A stretch of 64,000 bases of DNA from Girardia tigrina (Eukaryota): assembly GCA_001938485.1 (NCBI GenBank), contig MQRK01231274.1, positions 9,981 to 73,980 on the forward strand, written 5' to 3'. The position numbers and the translations under genes were made by a program. The notes under the pieces were generated by a model, which was not told the DNA's origin, made no database searches, and saw nothing but the letters and a program-made list of their open reading frames with translations. The first letter of the stretch is position 1, and each line of letters starts with the position of its first letter. Below are positions 1-12,824 of the stretch, piece by piece.

Positions 1-418
1 ATATATATATATATATATATTGTTCAAAATATATTCTGATATATATAATAGTTTACACTGATCTCTGAATATATTTTCAACCAATAAGAAATAGAAATAA
101 ATAAACTCTTTATTAATGTATGATTTGAATAGCAGATTATATCTATCAATTAATAAGTAAAATATAGATTTTCCTAAAAAAATTTTTAATTTTCAACCCC
201 ATCAATTCACAAATAATAAAGGCTTACAGATGCACTGTGTGTGAAAAAAATAAACAAAAACAAAATTACTTTGATTCTCCAGCCGAAAATTTGATAATTA
301 TTATAAATTCATAAATCCCAACAAATAAAAACTTTAAATTTTCGATCACAGTAATGTTTATTGTTTCTTAGATTTGTTTTTTTATTAATAAACAGTGAGA
401 AAAATTGGAGATTATAAT

Positions 419-1632
419 TTATGATGTAGGAATCGATAAATCTTCACAATAACCAAAAATAAAATCAACAAACACAAGCAAATAAAGACAGTAAAGTTTT
501 AAAACGTTTGCTAGGCAAAAATCATAAAATATTAAATTGAAATTTTTAATCTCTTCAGTTGATATTGATGGCGGTGAGGTTGTAGGATTAACAGCTGAGT
601 TTAGATTGATTCCATGTTTAGCTTGAAGATGGGTAAACAATCCTTTTGTCGAACAACCCTTCGTAGAGATAGAGGTGCTACATTTGATACATTTGGCTTC
701 CTCCTTAGAAGTATTGTAAAAGTATTTCCATGTTTTTGACATTTCTAAAATATGAAAAATAAATACATCAAAGGAATCATAAACTTACTTGCTCGAATAT
801 TGCAGAATCAGATCGAAATTGGCGTTTTATTACAAACAAGTTTTAACAAATTTATTGTTTATTAATTTCATTTTTTTCATTTTATAAATGTAATTGTTTT
901 TTTAATTTTCAATTTAATAATGCATTCTTTTAAGTTAAAATTATTTTAATGGATATTGTAGGCATAATTAACGCCTACTTATTTAAATTAAATTGAATAA
1001 ATTAATTAAAATAAAAGATTAAAAATTATGTTTTTTAAATGTACTGTTTTAAACAAAAATACAAAATTTAAAAAAGTTTCTAAGTCTTCAATTTATTCAG
1101 TCAATTATATTATTCAATGAGTTCAAATAATCCAACTGAAGATGGAATGCCCCACAGATATAAAAAAATCTTGACTTTTTACAACTTTTTACTATACTCT
1201 TTCAAAGAATAACGATTGTATTTCATTTTCGTAAATTCTATTTCAAAAATAAAAGCAATTGTATTTTAATGAATAAAAATTGTATTTCATTTTTAAATTA
1301 TGATTCACTGTATTACCCTGTAAAAAATGCAAACCAAGGTAAAAATTCAATGGTAAAAGATATTTCAAAGTTTGAAAGTCAAACGCCTTGTTTTATGCAA
1401 ACAAATATAACGCACAAATATACGTAACCATTTTCAATTAAATTAATTATTGACAGATGTTTTTTTATTGTTGATATAAAGAAAACTCCTAAACACATAA
1501 AAAAGTACATAAATGTGTAAAAAAACAAAGAAAAAAAATCATAACTGAATAATGGGATCCCGATAGTCTAATCCAGGTTTAAAATCACGATAAAATATGC
1601 GGAATCCTGGGATTCCGGGATTGAATTCCGTA
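419..1632 (-). mobile_element. 5' portion of a decayed hAT transposon with BED zinc-finger exon
   Basis: ORF 419-742 (WKYF...CIKC...STKGLFTHLQAKH) is a BED finger. GGGAT/ATCCC-type subterminal repeats at about 1555-1630 resemble hAT ends. Confidence 0.7.
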
Positions 1633-1667
1633 GTCTGCTTTTTTTGTGTTTACTACCATTATTATTT

Positions 1668-1984
1668 TTATAGATTAAAACACATGCCAGTTGCTAAAAG
1701 AGTGGGTTGTGCAGTGGTTAGTGGCCACGACACTCCGATGTCGGTGGGAATCTTGGGTCGATGGGTGCAAATTATCAATCCAACCTCATCCGGTAGCATT
1801 TCCACTCGTACGTCATTCATTGAATTGAGAATGGTAACATCGTTCACTTGTGCTAATACAAACAAGGAAATTTCCATATCTAAGTGTACAGATATGCGGA
1901 AGTAGATTCACCATGTAACATTGAATATGAACTTACAGGTATTAATAACAGCGCAGATATTCCAGTCATTCAAACAGTAACTCC
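1668..1984 (-). pseudogene. Two-exon fragment of an unidentified host-type gene
   Basis: A GTAAGT...TTAG intron (about 1880-1937) joins SYCLNDWNICAVINT(Y) in frame to MEISLFVLAQVND...; no family recognised. Confidence 0.3.
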
Positions 1985-3735
1985 TGTAAAGATTATAACT
2001 CGTGTGACTTCTAACTCATATTGATGGAAAAACTCTTAACAGTTTCTTGTTAATTTTTCGTAACTTTGCTACTCTAAATATTTCAGAAGCAGAAAAGAAA
2101 TCTTTATCAAATAAACAAAATTAGCAAGGCAATCGTATGCAAAAAATAGGACTGTATCGACGTAAAGCTCAATTGCTGGTTGTTAACTTTCGCACTAAAT
2201 GGATTAATAATCCTTCATATTTCAAAATTATTTTTGCTTTTGCAATTTGAGATCGGAATTCCATTTTCTCGAAAAACATCAATTAAATGCTCATAACTCA
2301 TATTTTTCTGTTTCAAATTCCGTTTCTCTTTGCTGTTTTTTTTGTTTTTTACTTTGTAATAAAGCTTTTAAATTAAGAAGTGGAAAACGTTTTCCGTATT
2401 GCAAATTCCAATTAACAATAGTGGATGTAAGAATTATTCATTAAAAAATCGAAACTAGAAGAAATATTTATTTCCAATCAAAATTAAATTATGCGCGAAA
2501 TTTATAATTACTTTGATTGACTCAAACAATTTCAGGAGTCTATATAATCATATAATGGATCCTATATATATTTATAAATAGAGATATGAATTTAAATATA
2601 AATATGTATTGATATTAATTTAATTATCCTAGCAGTGGATATCATAAATTTTCTGAATTTGGATTCAATGGAATTTGCTTTACAATTTCGACAAACTTAT
2701 ATCAATTTTCCCATAGATTTCTGAAGTAATTTAAGAAAAGGTAATCGAAATTGATCGAATTTGTGAAATAATCGATCGATTAATTGAAACAATTTCATCC
2801 GATGAATTATCGGTTTGGATTCCAATTTCAATTTGAACGTAAACAAAATATATTTTTTACATAAGACAGAATGAAACGCACCAAAGTCTTTATTTTCCTC
2901 AATTCAAAACAAACCATCATTCAGATTAAATCAGTTTGATTAAACAAACAGTACAAAATTCATTCGATCGATCCCAATTCGATTTCTCATTCGATCAATT
3001 CAAAAAAACCACAGCCAAAATACAAAATTCGAATCGTTTCACATTAACAAAAAAATTTTGTATCAAAAAATTATGACTTTTTTCACAAAATTAACATTAA
3101 TTGATTTTTTTTAAATCACAAAAAAATTGGTTGTAAATTTCATTGAGTTATAAATTAAATTCATAGCAATCGACGAATTCCCGTCCTCGATTCCACAATG
3201 ATAACTAAAAATATGTTTTCCAATTTCATCAAGCGAATTCTAAGAAAAATAAACACGAATTTGACAATTGTATTTTTTTCTCAAATTTCCGATAATCGCA
3301 ATCGATTTGTTAAATGAAAAACGAATTCTTTTGGTCTAAACTTTGAATTTCCAATGACGAATTATTATCAATTTCCGATGAAAGCGATTTGCGAATCTCG
3401 TCGCCGTTTTTAATTGATTTTACTATCTGAAAAATTATTATAAATTATTCAATTTCGATTTGATTTCATCGGTGAAATGTTGAATTGATTGAATGATTTT
3501 TTTTATTCTTGGGAGAATCTATTCGACACATCAATGAGATTATAGAACTCGGATTCTTTGACAAAACGCTCGCTTATGAAAGACTCTGGAAGCTCAAACG
3601 AGGTCTTCATATCTGTTGGATGTTTTTGTAATTGGCAATGATATCTTGCGAATTCTCTCTATCTTCAACATTCGTTTTTCTCCCCTTCCATGGTGGAAAA
3701 TGCACCTAATTAAAATTTATCGCGAAACTATATAC

Positions 3736-4720
3736 AGTAGAATTTGCATATTAGCAAGTTGGAAAAGTCAGAAAAAAACTTGTTATTAGACGAAATTGCT
3801 ATTAGACAAATTTACACTTTGAAGTTCGCATTCTCAAAATACCGTTTCAGTTAACAAATTTAATTGTTTTCTAAAGGACCTTTTAGTGTTCACAACACTT
3901 GTTTGTTGTTTCAATGCTTTTTTACCCCAGCAAATAGTGGCATGTTAGATACGAAGGGGCAAGATGATTTATTTGACCCGTTTTTGTTCTTACAAAAAAG
4001 ATTTTATAGAATAAAATCTCCGCTCAAATTTCTGAATTTTTGAACTAGTTAAGGATAATGTTGAATCGATTATTTCTCGAATCAGTTAAAATTAAATCAA
4101 TTATTTTTAAATCAATTAAATTTAAATCAATCGATAACACAAGACTGTTATAAAAATTTTTTATTAAAAGTATTTAAAACAATATACACAATTACAATTA
4201 GAATTAGCAAAATATAAGAGTAATATCCCTGTGTATCTTGTCGGATATTATGTGACTGGGAAACTTCCGTTCGTCAGTCTCGATTGTTTGAAAAAAGGTA
4301 TATTTAAAGATTATTATTTAATATACTAAGTATACTATAGTTATTTTAGTAAAATTCATTAATTAAATTTATTTTAATATAATAAAAATAATTTCAATTT
4401 TGCTAACCGATAAATCAAGAAATTCCTCCAAAATTTAAATATCCTTCCTTTCTCCAAATATGACCGTTACAAATCACGATGGATACAATAATTAATTACC
4501 GTTTAACCTCTTTAATCCGGCAACCTGTCTAATCCGGCAGGTCCGAAAATCCCCATTTTCAATCACGGTATTTGTTCTGACTCTCTATTCCGGCAAACTG
4601 TATATTCCGGTAGATTTTGAAATCCCCTGCCATGCTGGAATAGCCAGGTTTCTGTAATCGGCTAAAGGAATTTATAGAGATAACTGATTGCTAGGCGAGA
4701 ATCAATTTCTTCAAAATCGA
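3736..4720. mobile_element. pogo/Tigger-like non-autonomous remnants
   Basis: TA|CAGTAGAA start at 3736 and clustered (TAA)TCCGGCA subterminal repeats at 4510-4650. Confidence 0.35.
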
Positions 4721-4814
4721 CTGGATGGTAAATAATTCAATATCTTCCACGACTATTTAGTTCTTCTTAAGACGCTTGGTTAAAAATTATTAATTTAAAT
4801 CAGAATATTATTAT

Positions 4815-5113
4815 TGTAGTGAGTTTATATATAAAAACGCGTAGCTGCAAAAATATAAAGGACAAAAGGGTAAAAATACGTAGCTAACAATAGTTACGCT
4901 TATAGATAAAAAAATAAGATAAAAATGCGTCGTTAATGCTTGTACGCAGAAAATAAAATATAAGATGCGTGGCCGAGAAATTACGCGATGCAGAACGCGT
5001 ATCTTATGCGTTTTAATTATTTTCAATAAATAATAAATGTATTAAAAGGTTATAAATATAAACATATATTTACTTTTTAATTTAAAACATAAATATTTAT
5101 ATGTATATAGACA
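4815..5113 (+). mobile_element. Probable solo LTR (299 bp)
   Basis: TGT...ACA termini, 4-bp TTAT direct repeat on both sides, internal AATAAA, CG-richer than the flanks. Confidence 0.45.
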
Positions 5114-5351
5114 TTATATAACATCCTCATGTTATAAAAAACAACAAAAATATGAAAACATATTAAATTATATTCGTGATTGTGAGTAGTGATTGAAACA
5201 TCTAAATAAGAATTCATTTTTTAACACCAAAATTTATTAATATGACAACAATTCACATATTTAAACAAATTTTCCTGTTAATTTAATTATCTCGCCACAT
5301 ATTAATCGATTGAATTTTTTCGATTCAATTTTTAAAATCTTGCAAATTTAT

Positions 5352-5789
5352 TGTGAGGAATATTTTGAATGTTTGATGTTTTGTGTTTGAATGTGTATGT
5401 TAATTTGGGAATGTGTCTCTCCTACCTAGATGGATGATTAATATTTGAATTCTTATTATCTAAAAATATTTTATGTTTAAATTTATTTTTAATTTCAAAT
5501 AATTTTAACATTTTAAATAAGTTAATTAATTTTTATAATATTAATAAATAAATCAAATTAATATTTTTTAAATAATTAATAACCATTTTAATTATTATCC
5601 AATAAGTTTTGAGTAAATATTTTATTAATATATTTATTTCTCCATTTGCTAAAAAATAATAAGAATTAATTTATTAATCAATTTAGTTTAGAATGCAAAC
5701 GTACGAAAGCTTTGACAAAGATTGTCTTACGGACGATCAAAATTGTTGTTTAAATAAAAATATGAAAATTCAAATTGGTGTTCTTAATA
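5352..5789 (+). repeat. 5' LTR of Gypsy copy A
   Basis: Starts TGTGAGGAATA and ends TTCTTAATA directly before the PBS. Homologous to 57338-57799, 6218 onward, 31276 onward and 32146-32647. Confidence 0.85.
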
Positions 5790-7540
5790 TGGCGACACAC
5801 GACCACATGACTCCGAATATCAAAGGTCCAGAAACATTCGACGGATCTGAAACAAAATTTATAAAAAATTTCAACAGATACGCGAAGATAATTGGATTTT
5901 CGGAGGAAAGAAAAATCCTTTTAGTCATGCCATACATGACTCCGGAGGCAATAATTAAGTATGAAACAGCACCTGGTGAAACATGTGAAGAAAAATTAAG
6001 AGCAGCGTTCTCCAAGGAAAAAACCGTACTAGATTTAATGAAAGAAATGTTAGATTTGAGAATTGGCTCCAGCAATCCCACAATAATATTTAGAAAGGCA
6101 AACGAACTAATAGAGAAATTGGTAGAGAAAAAGCTGGGTAAGAAAGAACTATCGAATTTAGTATACGCTAACTTGATAGATGATGATGATGTACAAAAGC
6201 AAATAGCCATTCAAGGTTGTAAGGAATATTTTAAATTTGGTATGTTGAAATTGGTTTTTTGAATTTTTTATGTTGAGTTTAGTATTTGGAAATGTGTTTC
6301 TCCCACCCAGATGGAAAATTGATATTTTGGATGTTCACGATAAATAATTATTCGAGTATAATTTGAATTTTAAAGTACAGCATAAGATATTTAAAAAACT
6401 TTAAAAATATTAAATCGTTTCAAATTTTCATATTAAAAATTTAAATAAAGAAAATAGCTTTAACTAAGTTTTGAATTAAATAAATGTTCTTTCTTTACAT
6501 AAAATCATCTTTTAAATAAAATTAATAATGAGGAATTAATAAATAAAATTAATGAGGAGAGGTGATCAGTGTACTTCATTAGAAAGTCAATGTAGATGTA
6601 TGTTTGATTGTACATATGAATGTATGTGTGATTGTATGTTTGATTGCATGTATGAAAATATCCCTCTAGAAATGTGTGAATTAGATAGTTTGAAAAAAAA
6701 TTATGAACAATGTGATTATTACGGAAGCGAGCTGATAAGACCTAAGGATTTTATCAACTCGGTTACGTAACAACGTATTTAACACAATAAATAAAATGAA
6801 ATAGAAGAAAATAGTCCAAATAATAAAACTATAATGATATATAACAATTAACAGAAAGACTGTAAGTATGAGACAAGAGCTATTAAATCACCAAGATATA
6901 CGAGAGACAAAATCAAATAAAACGGATATCACGATGATAATTACCGTAAAAATAGACGATCGTTATGTCGGAATACAGACTTCGATTGGTTTAAAAAGTC
7001 GTGCCTCAGGACTGTTGAAGAGACTGAGTTGTATCGCAAATTCTATCCCGACCGGGAATCCGCGCTATTCGATCTATCGTACTCGATTGATTGGACGTTG
7101 TCCAGAGTAAAAAGGTTCGTGTATTAATATTGAATGTTCCCGTACTCGTGAAATAATCCGTTTAATCAACCTATTCAACAGACGTCGGATTCGAGACGGA
7201 AGATTGCTTTAGTTGGCTGGGGATGCCACTTTTCTTTAGACGATAATTGTAGCCAAAGGCGAATTTTAATTTAAAGTATATTATATTTGTGATCAATCTT
7301 TAATTGATCATTTTTTAAATTTAATATTGCCAGTGGCAATTATAATTATTATTATGTGGTTACCATTAATAATAAATTTGTCATGCAAATCTCGGGATAA
7401 ATTGCACAATAAACTGTCAGTGGATTGTTTATTCAAGTTTTATACTTTCTATATCTTATTTTGAGATGCAATATTGTCACTAATGCCACGAAATAAAAGA
7501 TATTTTAAGTAAATAAATTGATGAATAAATCGCTTGTTGT

Positions 7541-7628
7541 TGTAATTTGTGCTCTCCCGTGCTAGGATGACGAAACAATTCCACTTTGATTGACACTTCA
7601 CCTACATTGTCTTCGTAGGTATAGGTAT
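7541..7628 (-). pseudogene. unc-13: Captured unc-13/Munc13 exon fragment (start of the C-terminal C2 domain)
   Basis: EDNVGEVSIKVELFRHPSTGEHK matches the Munc13 motif I recall as [23 protein letters not shown]. It is preceded by intron-like sequence with an AG acceptor. Confidence 0.75.
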
Positions 7629-9707
7629 CTATTAACTGTACTGAAATAAAAATAAGTAAAAAAATATAACACACATACACTAGGGACTGCTTGTGACACA
7701 CACAAAAAAAATAAATGATGTGAAAAAAACAAGTACAAGTCCCTAAAAGAATAAAAATATACACGATCTGATTCAAAATTCACAATAGTGTAAAGAAAAA
7801 AATCAAAGTCCGCAACAGTGATAGCATGGATTTTGAAAAAGAAAGAAAGGAAAGAAATATTACAACAGCTATATTAAAAATAGCAAAATTTGACATAAAT
7901 TATAAAAAATTGAAAGGACGGCCAAGTGTAGAATTTCGTATAAAAGATAAAAATGTTCAGTGCCTTTTAGATACAGGAGCCCGAGTGAATGTCATTAAAG
8001 CGGATTTAATCAAAGGTATGAAAAATATTCAGATAAAGGAAACAAGAAAGCATATTTACTGTGCGAATGACTCAGAACTTGTAAACTATGGGACTGTACA
8101 ATTAAAGATGATAATAGAAAGGGTACAGAAAACAATAGAGTTTTATGTTGTCAAATAAATAGATCCGGAAATGATTGCTGGTATAGATTTTTTTGATAAG
8201 TTTGGAATAAAACTGAAGAAAGAAGCATCAAATATCGATAGGATATTGACCATTAGAGATAGCCCTTCTGATGAAGATAGATTAAAAAGAATAAGAGAAT
8301 CGTACAACACTATAAGTGAAAATGAGCTAATGGAACTTTTAACAAAGTACAGGTCAATATTCATGGCTGATAAATGGGATATTGGAAAAACTTCGTTAAC
8401 CAAACACAAGATAGAAACACATGGAGAACTAGTACTGGTAAAACCGTATAGACAACCGAAACATTTTGAAGAGAAACTAGTTGATATTATAAAACACTGA
8501 AGAAAACGATATTATCGAAAAGTGAAGTTCTCCTTGGAACTTTCCTTTAGTATGCGTTTGAAAAAAAGAAAAATATGCAAAAAAAAAAAATGCAAAATAT
8601 TCGAGTATGTGTAGATTTTCGTCAGTTAAATAAAATAACCGTCCGACCAGCGTTTCCAATGCCAAATGTAGATGATATGTTGAATACACTAAATGGGGCA
8701 AAATACTTTAGTACTATCGATTTGGGAAACGCTTACCATCAAGTAGAATTATAAGATGAATCAAAGATTAAGACGGCATTCTCAACAAAGTACGGTCAAT
8801 ACTGTTTCAAGAGAATGCATTTTGGAATTGCTGCGGCCCCAGCAACTTTTCAGGAGTTAATGGTGAAAGTTTTGGGAGATTTGAATTGGAAAGAAGCAGT
8901 CGTATATTCGGATGGTATTTTGATTTTGGAAAAGATAAGAAAGAACAATCTTCAAAGAGTAAATAACGTATTTGAGAAGATTAAACAATCAGGTTTGAGA
9001 ATAAATCCGGAGAAATGACAATTTTTAGTAGAAAAGACTAAATTTTTAGTATATATCAAAATTAAAGATGGCATTGAAACAGATAAATCAAAGATTGACG
9101 CGATAAGCAAGTTTCAGAGCCCATCATGCATTAAACATTTACGAAGCTTTTTGGGCTTGACAAATTACTACAGAAAATTTATAAATGATTACGCAAGATA
9201 TGCTAAAGTATTGGAAGGTTTATGTGGTAAAAATAAGGATAAGAAACTGATTTGGACTAAAGAATGTGATGAAGCTTTTCAAAAACTAAAAGACAGAATG
9301 ATTACAAGTCCAATTTTGGAATATTCTGATTTTGCCAAAGACTTCATGCTTGATACAGATTCATTTTAAAATATAAGAAACACAAAAACGAAAATAATCA
9401 ATACCAACTATGTTAAACAACAGCAATCTTACTCTATACAGCTCTTCATAAATGATCTTTCGGGGTCTTCTTTCATTTTCAATTGATCTTCTTAGAATTA
9501 TTGTCGTTTTTGTGTTTCTTATGTTTTAAAATGCTTTAAGAGTGATTATCTACAAAACTTACATAGTCAAACCCGTAAATTAAATGATTTAAGAAAATTT
9601 TTGGTGTGATGAAGTTTAATTTCAATAACACGTTTATTAATAAATCAGATTTAGAATTATCAAAATCAGAAATTAATGTTTTAAAATTTGGATTTAATAA
9701 CGGTATT

Positions 9708-10771
9708 AAATGAATGGAAAATAAAATGTAAAGTTGAGTCTATTTAATAATATTAGTAATGACGATATTATTTATTCGCCATTTGTTAAATAGACATTTA
9801 TTTTTCATGACAATTAATTTCGACGGTATAACCGTCATCGTCAGGTCTCAAGAAAAAAAATGAATTTTAAATCTGCTTATATAGGCAAGCAGTGATTACG
9901 TCATCAATGGATTATTATGTCATCTAAACACGCTCAATAGGGTTTTCGAGAGACCCGTTTGCACATTAATCTTAGGATCTAAAGATCTGATATAAAGTGC
10001 TTCACAGGCCACCCTCTCCCAATAGTTTTTAAAACGAGAACAGAATTTTTAAAATCATTTATGTTTATGTTTTCATTTGACTTACAACCCTTTCTGTGTT
10101 CTTCAATATTACTCCCACCTACATTTCGACCATGTTATTGGATTCTCTTAGAAAGATGACGGGACGTCTCTCCAATGTATGTGGCATTACACCCATTACA
10201 TGTAAATTTATATACGAGATCCGAACATAACCCAAATGGGGTTGGAGATTTATTACAAAACACATTTTGGATTTTATATGTTTGTGATATTATTTTTAAA
10301 TTAAAGGCATTGTTTACGCATTTTAAAATTGAACGTTTAAATTGACCAAATCCCTCTGAATATGGAATGCTTAAAACGTATTTTAAAGTTGTTGAGTCTT
10401 CTTTATCATTTTTAATCGGTTTAATAATTAATTTATCAATTGTTTCTTTGGTCAATTTCTCAACAATTGATTTTGAGTAACCATTTTTATTCAATAGTTT
10501 AGTTAATTGATTAATGATATCACAACTTTTTGTATAAGTTGATGATAATGACCAAGATCGAAAAATTAGTGCTCTAATCATATTATATTTGTATCGAGAT
10601 TCACAAAAACTGTTTGGCGTTGTATATAACCCAGTATCAGTTTTCTTTCTGTGAATCTCAGTCTCATAAACATCTCTTTTCCTTTCAATCAGTAAATCTA
10701 GGAAAGATATTTTACCATTATTCTCTGTTTCTGTTGTAAACTTAATATTTGGATGCAAAGAATTTTAGTAT
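9708..10771 (-). mobile_element. 3' fragment of a second Penelope-like element nested in the first
   Basis: ORF 10135-10758 (HPNIKFTTE...HRKKTDTG...LVYKFTC..C.ATYIGETSRHL). Removing it rejoins the host Penelope frame (NNGI|PKNGFVNLIIENKK). Confidence 0.9.
9809..9847 (-). ncRNA. Minimal type I hammerhead ribozyme in the Penelope 3' repeat
   Basis: Minus strand reads GAC-CTGACGA-T-GACGG(TTATA)CCGTC-GAAA-TTAA-TT-GTC: intact core, 5-bp stem II, palindromic stem III, 3-bp stem I. Confidence 0.8.
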
Positions 10772-12700
10772 CCTAAAAATGGATTTGTCAATTTGATTAT
10801 CGAAAATAAGAAGAATGTCATCATCAATAAGTTGCCATCATTTTTTAATTTTTTAGATGTTATTTATAATGAAAATTTAAAAGCTGATTTAAGACGTGCA
10901 ACAGATAAGTATATTTCAAAAAATAGAAAATTGAAATTAAATGATGAAAAATTACTTTTAAAATTAAAGAAGCATGAAATTTGCATTTCAAAATTCGATA
11001 AAGGAAATGGTGTATTTATTCAAAATAAGTCTGATTATTTGAATAAAATGTATTCTATATTGAATACGAATAAATTTAGTGTTATTGATAACAAGAGGAA
11101 AATGGTTTACCAATTCCTATTAAAGATGAAAAAAATATTAATTTAATGATAAACAATTTTATAAAAAGTAATGATTCAAATTCTAATCTTAAAAACAATT
11201 TACTAGCTCAAGGGTCACAACCTTCTAAGTCATACGGTCTTCCAAAAGTACAAAAAATGAACATCCCGATGAGGCCTGTGTAGTCAATGATTGGAAGTGC
11301 ACAATATAATGTTGCTAAGACTCTTGTTAAATTATTAAAACCATTATTAAATAATTCTTTAGAATGTAAGGATAGTTTTGAATTCGTAGAAAAGATTATA
11401 AATTTAGAAGTTAATTCGGAAAGTGAAACTATGGTTTCATTTGATGGGGTAAATCTTTTCACTAATATCCCAGTAGAGGAGGCGATTCAGTTATGTGTTG
11501 ATCTTTCGGATGAATTGGTTGAAGATAAATCAAAATCAATGAGTACTAAAGCCCTGAAAGCCTTACTTGAATTCAGCACTAAGAATGTTCCCTAATTGTT
11601 TAATGATGATTGGTATATTGATGGAGTTGCAATGGGTTCTCCATTCTTACAAAATTTGGAGCAAAAATTTAAAATTTTTCCGGGTGAATTACCAATCTTC
11701 TATACCAGGTATGTAGATGATACTTTTCTGATATTTAAAAAGAAGGAAGATTTGAATAGCTTTTTAAACTATATAAACAATTTACATCCAAACATTAATT
11801 TTACTTGTGAAAGTGAAAGTAATAAAAAATATCGTTTTTGGATGTCTTGATTGAAAAGAAGCAGAATAGATTCATAACAGGGGTTTACAGAAAACCAACG
11901 GATACTGGTCTTTACAATACTCCGAATAGTTTCTGTGACCCAAAATATAATAGAAATATGATTAAGGGTCTAGTGCATAGAGTTTGGAGTTTAACTTCTT
12001 CTTTTGAAATTTTTGATAAAGAAATTGATATTCTCCATAATAGACTTAGTAATGATGGTTATAATAAGAAATATTTAAACAATATCATTAAAAATACTGT
12101 GGAGTCAATTTATTTAAAATCAAAAGACAAAATTAATTAAAATTTGAATACAACTGATGAAGTGATTAATTCAAAAAAATTTTATTTAAAAATTCCATAT
12201 TCCGAAGGTGCTAGCGATTTTAAACGAATTTTAGAAAAACAGGCCCTAGTAGGTTTTACAATTAAAGTATTGTTCCTAACTAATAAAACTTCTAATTACT
12301 TCTCAAATAAATCTAAAACACAATTGAGTATGAAAGCAAATTTAGTTTACCAATATAAATGTCACAAGTGTGAATCCTTGTACATTGGAGAGACAAATCG
12401 TCACCTCCGTACTAGAATTGCAGAACATACCCAATCAAGTAGAAAAAGCTCAATTTTGGACCACATACTGAAATGTCATGGAACTCAAAGGAGGGTATTT
12501 GATAATGATTTTCGGGTTTTGATTAGTAACTTTGATCACAATTATGAAAGAACAGTTACTGAAGCACTCTTGATAAAGTTTTTTAAACCTAGTCTAAATG
12601 TGTAAAGTGATTCGTCCAATCATATTAGAGTATTTTGACGTAACACACTGTGACGTAATGGTTATCTTTCCATATAAACAATAACTTTCTAATTAAATAC

Positions 12701-12739
12701 AGAACTGAAGATGCCACAAAAGTGACGAAACATCTTTCC
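12701..12739 (+). ncRNA. Degenerate minimal hammerhead ribozyme in the Penelope 3' repeat
   Basis: AGAA-CTGAAGA-T-GCCAC(AAAA)GTGAC-GAAA-CATC-TT-TCC. Same architecture and same position after the stop codon as the minus-strand copy, with mismatches in the stems. Confidence 0.6.
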
Positions 12740-12824
12740 GAATAAAAATTTAAATTTAAAATGGGATTATTTGTGTTTAATTACTAAATTATCATTTGAT
12801 TTAAAGAATATATATATATATATA

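Larger units (their letters stand above)
5352..9361 (+). mobile_element. Decayed, rearranged Gypsy (Ty3/Metaviridae) LTR retrotransposon, copy A
   Basis: 5' LTR 5352-5789, then PBS TGGCGAC and gag 5693-6217. A second LTR fragment starts at 6218. Protease LLDTGA at 7826-8158. RT motifs follow (CVDFRQLN, FSTIDLGNAYHQV, FGIAAAPATFQ, VYSDGI, GLTNYYRKFI), then the RNase H start DFAKDFMLDTD, where the element is cut by Penelope. Confidence 0.93.
9362..12790 (+). mobile_element. Penelope-like element (RT + GIY-YIG), decayed, with a 5' inversion
   Basis: N-terminal NKSDLELSKSEINVLKFG; KFDKGNGV, YGLPKVQK, MVSFDGVNLFTNIP, GVAMGSP, RYVDDTF, VYRKPTDTG; GIY-YIG LVYQYKC...YIGETNRHLRTRIAEH; ends PSLNV*SDSSNHIRVF-TGA. 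Confidence 0.93.

Noticed and set aside
1-20. (TA)n tracts here and at 12808-12826
   Set aside because: Ordinary microsatellites.
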